A DNA stretch of 64,000 bases from an uncultured Chloroflexia bacterium (GTDB lineage: Bacteria > Chloroflexota > Limnocylindria > Limnocylindrales > CSP1-4). The DNA lies in contig CAWFXA010000002.1 in assembly GCA_963819655.1 (NCBI GenBank), positions 832,001 through 896,000 of the forward strand, given 5' to 3'. The notes under the pieces were generated by a model. The model saw nothing but the letters and a program-made list of their open reading frames with translations. It was not told the origin of the DNA and did not search any database. The number at the start of each line of letters is the position of its first letter. Position 1 is the first letter of the stretch. A program made the translations under genes and the position numbers. Of the stretch, positions 56,687 to 64,000 are shown in pieces.

Positions 56687-56841
56687 CCCACTCGACTCCC
56701 GCGTACCGCACCGGTGGATACCAAAGGGCTCCGCGCTGCCCTCTGATGTGGCTAGCACGGTCGGGACCATCCTGCGATTGAGCGGCCTCCTCGCCTTCGG
56801 GAGGCTTGACGGGTTCCTCCACCCCCAGTCGACGGAGCCCC

Positions 56842-59154
56842 GTGCACCGACCTCTCGCCGTCCTGCTGCTCGCCGTGACCGCGGTCGCCGGCACACTTGC
56901 CAGCGCCACGCCTGTCCGCGCGGCCGCTGCGCTGAGCCCCGCAAAGGTCGTCATCGTCGTCGGCGCCACGCATGGCGCGACCGCGAGCTATAGGAGGTCC
57001 GCCGACGCGGCCTACGCCGAGGCGATCAGGCATACGCCGAATGTCGTGAAGGTCTACAGCCCCAATGCCACGTGGTCGAGGGTGAAGGCTGCGGCTGTCG
57101 GCGCGTCGGTGCTGATCTACTTCGGCCATGGCAACGGCTGGCCCAGCCCGTACACCTACGACCCGAACTACACGACGAAGGACGGTTTCGGGCTCAACTA
57201 CGACACGAACCGCAACGGCAAGCTGTCCGACTACGAGAACCGCTATTACGGCGAGCCGTACGTCAAGACCCTCGACCTCGCACCGAACGCGATCGTCCTG
57301 CTCCATCACCTGTGCTACGCGTCGGGCAACTCTGAGCCAGGCCACGCGAACCCGACGATGACGGTGGCCCGCCAGCGCATCAGCAACTACGCGGCGGGCT
57401 TCCTGCAGTCACGCGCCCAGGCGGTGCTCGCGGACGGCCACCGGGGACCGGTCGACTATCTCCGCGCGCTGTTCACGACCGACCAGACGATCGAGGCACT
57501 GTGGCGTACGGCACCGAGTGCCAATGGCCACGTCAGTGCCTTCACGTCGACACGCACCAGCGGCGTCCGGGCGCTGATGGACCCGGAGGGCACGTCGAGC
57601 GGCTTCTATCGCTCGCTCGTGACCGACCCGACACTGACCACGACGATGGTCACCGGCGTCGTCGACACGGGACGTCATCCGACGTCGCTCCTCGTGCCGG
57701 GCCACGCCGCCGTCGTGACCGAAGGCGCCGCCCTCTACCCGGACGTCACCGCCGCCTCGACTGGGACGCCGCCCGGGGCGACGCTTCCTTCCGGCACGAG
57801 GCTGCGGCTCGTGGCGCGCCCGAGCGCGACGGCGTTGGACGGTGCCGCTTTGTACGAGGTCGTCGGGCTCGACGACCCCGAGATCCACGGTGTCATGCGC
57901 GGCCCCGACCTCGCTCCCCGCGACAGCGCGTCTCCGCGCGTCGTCGCGGTCGATCCCGCGAGCCCGCTCGTGTCGCCGAACGACGACGGACTTGCCGACA
58001 CCGTGGGCGTGACTGCGAGCCTGTCCGAGTCGGCGGCGTGGCAGATCCGCGTCCTGGACGGCGATGGGACGACACTCCATGCGACGACCGGCGACGGCGC
58101 GCATCTTGCGGCGACGTGGGACGGCCGCACCGCCGGGGGCGCCCCGGTGCCGGACGGGATCTACGCATATCGGATCGACGCCACGGACGCCTGGACGAAC
58201 AGCGGCTCGAAGACCGGCTCGATCCGGGTGGATACGACAGCCCCAGGGCTCGAGACCACGTCACCCGCCGAGGACAGCCTCACCTGGTTCTCCCCGAACG
58301 GCGACGGCTATCGCGATACCGCCGGTCTGACCGCGTCGACGACCGAGGGCGGCGCGATCCTCGTCCACGTGCGTGACGAGGGTGGCGCCGTCGTCCGCTA
58401 CTTCAGCGTGCCGGCCGGGGCGGCGTCGGTCGCCGTCGCATGGGACGGCAAGGGCAACGACGGACGGGTCGTCGCCGACGGTCGATACGACGTCCGGTTG
58501 ACGCCGCGCGATGCCGCCGGCAACACGGGCGTCGGCGTGACGCGGTCGTTCGGGGTCGCGGCCCTGCTCGGCTTCGTTGCGACCTCGAAGACCCTGTTCT
58601 ACCCGCAGGATCTCGACAACCTCGCGACGGGCACGCGCCTGTCGTTCACCCTGATCCGGCCGGCGAACGTCACCTGGACGATCCGCGACGCCGCCGGCGC
58701 GGTCGTCGCGACGCTCGCCGATGGCGAGGCCATGGCGGCCGGCGCGGTCAGTCGGACCTTCTACGGCAAGCGTCTCGACGGATCGATGTTGCCGACCGGT
58801 CGCTACACGTCGTACGTCAACGCGACCGACGGGACGATCTCGTGGAGCCAGGTCATCGCGTTCGAGATGTCGGCGTTCAGCATCCGGCCGTCGGCCACCT
58901 CGGCCACACGTGGGCGGGCCGTCACGGTCACGGCCGTCTCCGCCGAGACGCTGTCATCGACACCAAGGCTCTACGTCACCCAACCGGGCAAGCCGCTGTG
59001 GTCTGTGGCCATGACGAAGGTGAGCGGGCTGACCTACCGTGCGACGGTCACGATGAAGACCGGCGGCTCGGCCGGCACCGTCACCTTCAAGGTCGTCGCG
59101 TACGACAGTGGCGAGCGCGCCCAGCGCTCCAGCGCGTCGATCCCGCTGCACTAG
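56842..59154 (+). CDS. Secreted protein: putative caspase/gingipain-fold (His-Cys) domain + FlgD Ig-like repeats
   Basis: Signal peptide; LIYFGHGNG...VLLHHLCYASG; repeated SPNxDG and WDG...V.DG.Y motifs. Confidence 0.75.
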   Translation: MHRPLAVLLLAVTAVAGTLASATPVRAAAALSPAKVVIVVGATHGATASYRRSADAAYAEAIRHTPNVVKVYSPNATWSRVKAAAVGASVLIYFGHGNGWPSPYTYDPNYTTKDGFGLNYDTNRNGKLSDYENRYYGEPYVKTLDLAPNAIVLLHHLCYASGNSEPGHANPTMTVARQRISNYAAGFLQSRAQAVLADGHRGPVDYLRALFTTDQTIEALWRTAPSANGHVSAFTSTRTSGVRALMDPEGTSSGFYRSLVTDPTLTTTMVTGVVDTGRHPTSLLVPGHAAVVTEGAALYPDVTAASTGTPPGATLPSGTRLRLVARPSATALDGAALYEVVGLDDPEIHGVMRGPDLAPRDSASPRVVAVDPASPLVSPNDDGLADTVGVTASLSESAAWQIRVLDGDGTTLHATTGDGAHLAATWDGRTAGGAPVPDGIYAYRIDATDAWTNSGSKTGSIRVDTTAPGLETTSPAEDSLTWFSPNGDGYRDTAGLTASTTEGGAILVHVRDEGGAVVRYFSVPAGAASVAVAWDGKGNDGRVVADGRYDVRLTPRDAAGNTGVGVTRSFGVAALLGFVATSKTLFYPQDLDNLATGTRLSFTLIRPANVTWTIRDAAGAVVATLADGEAMAAGAVSRTFYGKRLDGSMLPTGRYTSYVNATDGTISWSQVIAFEMSAFSIRPSATSATRGRAVTVTAVSAETLSSTPRLYVTQPGKPLWSVAMTKVSGLTYRATVTMKTGGSAGTVTFKVVAYDSGERAQRSSASIPLH

Positions 59155-59285
59155 CCGGAAGCCCGCGGGGACCCCTCCGCAGGCCACCGGACCACTCCGT
59201 ACCGGTCCCGACCGGGACCTTCGGCGCCTTGCTCCGGAGGTGTCGAGCGGCGTACCGTCAGCGGTCCGAACTGCCGAGGTGCGCC

Positions 59286-61832
59286 GTGCCCGTGACCCCC
59301 AGCCGACCGCCCGCTTCCTCGCGCCGGATCGGCCTTCGCGCGATCGGTCTGGCTGCCCTCCTCGTGGCCCAGACGACGATCGCTGCTGCCGCGTCGGCGC
59401 CCCGTCCGGCGACCGCAGCGGGAGTCGCCGGGGGCCTGGAGCCGTCCATCCACTGGGAGCAGGCACGGGCGCACGAGAACGACCGGATCTCCTTCACGCC
59501 TGGCGCACGGGTGACGGTCGGGTTCACGCCGCGCTCGACGGATCGCTGGACCGTCGGCGGCGTGGCCCCGCAGCGTCTTCCCGCCGGGCGGCTGGATGGG
59601 AAGGCCATGCGCCAGCAAGGCACCGCGAAGTCGCCGGTCGCTCCCGCGTCGTCCGCGCCCGCCTCGTCCGCCGAGACGATGGCCGAGCCCGCGACCCCGG
59701 ATCCCCCGGTGGATCCGGCGGTCGACCAGCCGATCGTCGACCCCGGCGTCGTCGTCGACGCAGCTCCGGCCTCGTGGTCGTCGCCGACCGATCCAGGCGA
59801 TATCGCGCCGCAGGCCAGAGTCGACCCGGGCGCCCTCCGGCGCGAGGTCTTCGGGTTCCTGCCGTACTGGCAGGTGAACTCGAGTACGTTGCGTATCCAG
59901 TACGACAAGATCTCGACGATCGCGTATTTCGGGGTCGGCGCTGACGCGGCCGGCAACCTGCAGAAGCGCAACAGCAATGGCACGACGACGACCGGCTGGA
60001 GCGGTTGGACCAGCGCGAGGATGACGTCGATCATCAACGACGCCCATTCGACCGGGACGCGCGTCGTGCTGACGGTCCAGAGCTTCGCCTGGAACTCGAC
60101 CGGGAAAGCGCGCCAGAAGGCCCTGCTCGGCAGCTGGAGCGCCCGCCAGAACCTGGCCCGCCAGATCGCGGCGGCGGTGCGCGACCGTGGCGCCGACGGC
60201 GTCAACCTCGACTTCGAGCCGCTCGTCGCCGGCGCCGAGGGTCAGTTCACCGCTCTGGTCCGCACGATCCGGACCGAGCTGAACAAGGTCCGCAAGGGCT
60301 ACCAGATCACGTTCGACACGACCGGTTTCATCGGCAACTACCCGATCGAGAACGCCACCGCCCCGGGTGGCGCCGACGCCATCTTCATCATGGGCTATGA
60401 CTACCGGGGCTCCACGAGCAGCCCCGTCGGGAGCCTGGCGCCGCTGTCGCGGTCGGGCTACGACATCCGCGACACCGTGGCGGCGTACGCCGCCCGGGTG
60501 CCGGCGTCGAAGCTGATCCTCGGCGTGCCGTACTACGGGCGTGCCTGGTCGACCGACACGGACCAGGTCCATGCGCGGAATATCAGCGGCGCGAAGTACG
60601 GCGCCTCGACGACCGTGGTGTACACGAGCGCGTTGCCGTTCTTCACCCAGTACGGCAAGCGCTACGACACCACCGAACAGGTCGCCTGGACGGCCTACCA
60701 CCGCGAGAACTGCACGGGGACGTACGGCTGCGTCAACCCGTGGCGCCAGCTCTACATCGACGACGCCAGGGCCCTTGGGGCCAAGTACGACCTGGTCAAC
60801 AGGTACAACCTGCGGGGCGCGGGGATCTGGGCGCTCGGCTACGACGGGACCCGCACCGAGCTGTGGGGCGCGATCCAGTCCAAGTTCATCACCGACTCGG
60901 TGCCGCCGGCGCTGTCGGGCGGCTCGATCTCGGCCGCGAGATTCTCGCCGAACGGAGACGGCGCGATCGATTCGACCACGATCCGCATGTCCGCCACGGG
61001 CCACGTCAGGTGGGGATACCGCGTCCAGGCCGTGGTCGGCGCGTCACTTGGTCCGAACCTCCGGAGCGGCACGGTCGCGAACAAGACGCTGGCGTTCACC
61101 TGGAACGGCATGGATTCCTCGCCCGCCATCGTGGCGGACGGAGCGTATCGCGTGACGCTGTGGGCGGAGGACGCCTCCGCGAACCGCTCTGAGCGGCCGT
61201 TCACCGTCTTCGTCGACAACCGCGCGTCCACGATCGCGACCAGAGCATCGCGCGGCTTCCTGAGCCCCGACGGCGACGGCCAGTCCGATTCGCTGCCGTT
61301 GGCGTGGACGTCGAGCGAGGCGGTCGCCGGTGCCGTCCGGGTCAGGGACAAGGACGGGCGCGTCCAGCGTGCCTGGTCGTTCACGTCCCGCTTGTCCTGG
61401 AGCGGCACCTGGGATGGCCGCGGACGCGACGGGCTTGCCGTCAAGGACGGCCGCTACACCTACCAGGTCGAGGGCAGCGATCGTGCCGGCAACCCGACCG
61501 TCGCAAACCACACGATCCTCGTCGATCGGACGATCCGCTCGGTGCGCTGGACGGATGGTTCGTTCGACCCGCGCGCCGGCCAGCGCAGCCAGGTCCGCGT
61601 CGACCTGCGGCGCGCGGCTGTCGTGTCGGTCCGGATCTACCGCGGCACCTCGCTCGTTCGGACGGTCTGGACCGATCGCTCGTTCGGGGCCGGAGTCCAT
61701 GCCTGGAACTGGGATGGGCGGTCGTCCGCCGGCACGTACGTCGCACCTGGGACGTACAAGATCGTCGTCTGGGCACGAAGCTGGGTCGGCACGACGTGGT
61801 CCACCGGGACCGTCGTCGTCCAGAGCCACTGA
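59286..61832 (+). CDS. Secreted GH18 glycoside hydrolase with FlgD Ig-like repeats
   Basis: SD GAGGT; FGFLPYW, DGVNLDFE, MGYDY, LGVPYYG, GIWALG; three FlgD-like domains. Confidence 0.9.
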   Translation: MPVTPSRPPASSRRIGLRAIGLAALLVAQTTIAAAASAPRPATAAGVAGGLEPSIHWEQARAHENDRISFTPGARVTVGFTPRSTDRWTVGGVAPQRLPAGRLDGKAMRQQGTAKSPVAPASSAPASSAETMAEPATPDPPVDPAVDQPIVDPGVVVDAAPASWSSPTDPGDIAPQARVDPGALRREVFGFLPYWQVNSSTLRIQYDKISTIAYFGVGADAAGNLQKRNSNGTTTTGWSGWTSARMTSIINDAHSTGTRVVLTVQSFAWNSTGKARQKALLGSWSARQNLARQIAAAVRDRGADGVNLDFEPLVAGAEGQFTALVRTIRTELNKVRKGYQITFDTTGFIGNYPIENATAPGGADAIFIMGYDYRGSTSSPVGSLAPLSRSGYDIRDTVAAYAARVPASKLILGVPYYGRAWSTDTDQVHARNISGAKYGASTTVVYTSALPFFTQYGKRYDTTEQVAWTAYHRENCTGTYGCVNPWRQLYIDDARALGAKYDLVNRYNLRGAGIWALGYDGTRTELWGAIQSKFITDSVPPALSGGSISAARFSPNGDGAIDSTTIRMSATGHVRWGYRVQAVVGASLGPNLRSGTVANKTLAFTWNGMDSSPAIVADGAYRVTLWAEDASANRSERPFTVFVDNRASTIATRASRGFLSPDGDGQSDSLPLAWTSSEAVAGAVRVRDKDGRVQRAWSFTSRLSWSGTWDGRGRDGLAVKDGRYTYQVEGSDRAGNPTVANHTILVDRTIRSVRWTDGSFDPRAGQRSQVRVDLRRAAVVSVRIYRGTSLVRTVWTDRSFGAGVHAWNWDGRSSAGTYVAPGTYKIVVWARSWVGTTWSTGTVVVQSH

Positions 61833-61861
61833 CCGCCAAGAGCGCCAGTACACTGCCGGCC

Positions 61862-62626
61862 ATGACCAACGAGGACGTCCCGGGGTCCGGGACATGGGTC
61901 GTCCTGCCGACCTACGACGAGGCCGATAACATCCGGCCGATCGCCGAGGCGATCCTCGCTGCGGTCCCCGGCGCAACGCTGCTCGTTGTCGATGACGGTT
62001 CGCCGGACGGGACCGGCCGCATCGCCGACGAGCTGGCCGCGACCGACAAACGCATCCGCGTCCGACATCGGGCGGCGAAGCAGGGTCTCGGGCGGGCCTA
62101 CCTGGACGGGTTCGCGATCGCACTCGAAAGCGGTGCGTCGGTGGTCGTCCAGATGGACGCCGATTTCAGCCACGACCCGACCGCCTTGCCGTCGCTCATC
62201 GCTCCCGTGCTCGACGGGACTGCCGACCTCGTCATCGGGTCGCGCTACACCCCCGGCGGTGGCGTCGTGGACTGGGGCCTCGGCCGGCGGCTCGTGTCGC
62301 GCGGCGGGTCGCTGTTCGCGCGGATCGTCCTGGGTCTGTCGGCCCACGATCTCACCGGCGGCTTCAAGGCGTGGCGCGCCAGCACGCTCGGGTCCGTCCC
62401 GTTCGACGGCGTCCATGCCGGCGGCTACGTCTTCCAGATCGAGATGACATTCCGGGCCAGCCGCCTCGGGGCGCGGGTGCGCGAGATCCCGATCACCTTC
62501 CGCGATCGGCGGGTCGGCCAGAGCAAGATGTCGCGGCGGATCGTCATCGAGGCCCTCGTCGTGGTCGTGCAGCTGCGGTTGGAGGATCTCTGGAGCCGTT
62601 TGCGGGGCTCGCGCCAGCCGACATGA
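61862..62626 (+). CDS. Polyprenol monophosphomannose synthase-like GT2
   Basis: LPTYDEADN, VDDGSPDGT, MDADFSH, GSRY, FQIEM. Confidence 0.92.
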   Translation: MTNEDVPGSGTWVVLPTYDEADNIRPIAEAILAAVPGATLLVVDDGSPDGTGRIADELAATDKRIRVRHRAAKQGLGRAYLDGFAIALESGASVVVQMDADFSHDPTALPSLIAPVLDGTADLVIGSRYTPGGGVVDWGLGRRLVSRGGSLFARIVLGLSAHDLTGGFKAWRASTLGSVPFDGVHAGGYVFQIEMTFRASRLGARVREIPITFRDRRVGQSKMSRRIVIEALVVVVQLRLEDLWSRLRGSRQPT

Positions 62627-63867
62627 CCCGAACCCCGGGGGTGCGCGTCGTGATGGACGTGCGCGCGTTGCAGGAGCCGGCGCGCGCACCGCGCACCGCG
62701 GCCTATCTCGACGGACTGCTCGGGGCGTTCGATGCGGACCCGTTGCCGGGCGAATCGTTCGCATTCCTGCTGGCCAGCGACGAAGACGACCCGACCGCCC
62801 GATTCAGGAACCTCGAGGTCATCGGGCGGCGGCTGCTGCCGCCGATCCGTCTACTGCGGTCGGCCGCGCTGACGGTCGACCCGTTCCTGTTGGCTGGCGC
62901 GTCGATCGGAGCGGCATGGCGTGCCGAGCTCGGTGGAGCCGCGGGTGCGGTGTACCACACCGCGGGCGGTGGGCTGCCGATCGGTTCGGGGCTGCCGACC
63001 GTTGCGACGCTGCTCGATCTCGCGCCGTGGGAGCTGCCGCGCTCGTTCCAGCGCGGGACGGCGTCGCGCTTCGGCCAGCGGCTCCGTGCGCGTCTGCTGC
63101 GCGATGCCGCGGCGGTGCTCGTCGGCAGTGACGATGTCGCGCGGGCAGCACGGCGCCTGCTGCGCCTGCGCCGCGATCGCGTCCGGGTGATCCCGCTGGC
63201 GCCGCGACCGGCGTACGCGGTCGGGCCGATCGCGCTCGCCAAGCGGGGCGGGGCTGCGCGAACGATCGCCGATAGGCTCGGCCTGGGGGATCGGTACCTC
63301 GTATATCCCGGTCGCCACGACATCCGCCAGGACGCATCGACGATGCTGGCCGCCTTGGCCTCCCTGGGGCGCGACGGCCGACCCGACGATCTCGACCCGG
63401 CCGTGCCCTGGCCGCCCCGCGTCCTCGTCCTCGATGCGACCCCCGATGATCGTGCCTCCCTGGCGCGCGTCGCCTCCAGGCACGGCGCCGGCGACCATCT
63501 CGTCTACGCGCCGATCATGCCGGTCGAGGATTCAGCGGCCCTGGTGGCCGCATCGCGCGGGGTCGTCCTGCCCATGGTGTCCGAGTCGAGCGGACTCGCT
63601 GCCCTTGACGCGCTGGCCGCCGGCGTGCCTGTCATCGCCTCGGCGGTCGGTGCCCTGCCAGAGGTCGTCGGGACGGCCGGGATCCTCGTGGAGCCGCGCG
63701 ATGCGGATCGGATGGCGGCGGCGCTGGTCGCAGCGTGGGGCGACGATCCGGTCCGCGACGGGATCGTCGAGGCGGCCCGGGAGCGCGCGGCAGCCGGGGC
63801 GCGGACCTGGGGGGATGTGGCCGCCGATGTCCGGGCGGTGTACGCGGAGGTCGGCCGGCGCGACTGA
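62623..63867 (+). CDS. GT4 glycosyltransferase (divergent)
   Basis: ESSGLAALDALAAGVPVIAS...LPEVVG; ATGA coupling. Confidence 0.85.
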   Translation: MTRTPGVRVVMDVRALQEPARAPRTAAYLDGLLGAFDADPLPGESFAFLLASDEDDPTARFRNLEVIGRRLLPPIRLLRSAALTVDPFLLAGASIGAAWRAELGGAAGAVYHTAGGGLPIGSGLPTVATLLDLAPWELPRSFQRGTASRFGQRLRARLLRDAAAVLVGSDDVARAARRLLRLRRDRVRVIPLAPRPAYAVGPIALAKRGGAARTIADRLGLGDRYLVYPGRHDIRQDASTMLAALASLGRDGRPDDLDPAVPWPPRVLVLDATPDDRASLARVASRHGAGDHLVYAPIMPVEDSAALVAASRGVVLPMVSESSGLAALDALAAGVPVIASAVGALPEVVGTAGILVEPRDADRMAAALVAAWGDDPVRDGIVEAARERAAAGARTWGDVAADVRAVYAEVGRRD

Positions 63868-63876
63868 CCGGCAGGC

Positions 63877-63918
63877 CGATCAGGACGGCCCGATCAGGAC
63901 GGCCCAAAAAAGGCCGTT
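63877..63918. terminator. 14-bp tandem duplication plus hairpin between convergent genes
   Basis: CGATCAGGACGGCC x2; GACGGCC-CAAAAAA-GGCCGTT stem-loop. Confidence 0.45.
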
Positions 63919-63928
63919 CGCCATCGCG

Positions 63929-64000
63929 TCAGAGCGCCTCGGTGCGTGCCTGCCGGAACGTCGGGGTGTACTTCGGCACTTTGCCGTCCTTGATCGTGAT
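63929..64000 (-). CDS. C-terminal end of an unidentified gene (partial)
   Basis: Reads ITIKDGKVPKYTPTFRQARTEAL* with high-GC3 codons. Confidence 0.55.
   Translation of the reverse strand: MTIKDGKVPKYTPTFRQARTEAL

Noticed and set aside
59155-59285. Possible c-di-AMP (ydaO) riboswitch before the GH18 gene (GGGGACCC, CGTCAGC, three hairpins)
   Set aside because: Lacks the GGGGTGAA, TAGGG and GCTAAC core elements; TACCGT near the gene looks like the promoter.
58440-59285. N-terminal extension of the 1130-aa ORF (similarly 52998-54086, 14130-14522 and 61304-61861)
   Set aside because: Out-of-frame overlap with the upstream gene; true starts are supported by SD, -10 or overlap signals.

Overview
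High-GC bacterial chromosome segment, mostly housekeeping genes. Gene content and style suggest Chloroflexota, possibly Ca. Limnocylindria-like (inference only). In order: TPR fragment, CCA enzyme and HNH nuclease; a leucine/methylcrotonyl-CoA catabolic cluster whose biotin-carboxylase subunit carries an N-terminal excisionase/BldC-like HTH, with 9-bp-period repeat arrays at its promoter and inside its own coding sequence; GbsR-type regulator; pdxST, a GNAT-like gene and an AAA-R3H gene; tldD/pmbA operon; Ni/Co transporter; tmk with an ECF sigma/anti-sigma pair; GGDEF gene divergent from c-di-AMP receptor darA; guaB3 and guaA; a two-component system; UPF0182 with zinc-ribbon membrane proteins and a CPBP protease; radC-mreB-mreC; rfbABDC; two secreted FlgD-Ig proteins (His-Cys caspase/gingipain-like and GH18); and glycosyltransferases. 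No rRNA, tRNA, CRISPR array or transposase was seen. The most notable signals are the HTH-carboxylase fusion with candidate operators, four mini-ORFs that bridge adjacent genes through double NTGA overlaps, pervasive leaderless promoters, a structured pdxS leader, and three +1 frameshifts that may be assembly errors.
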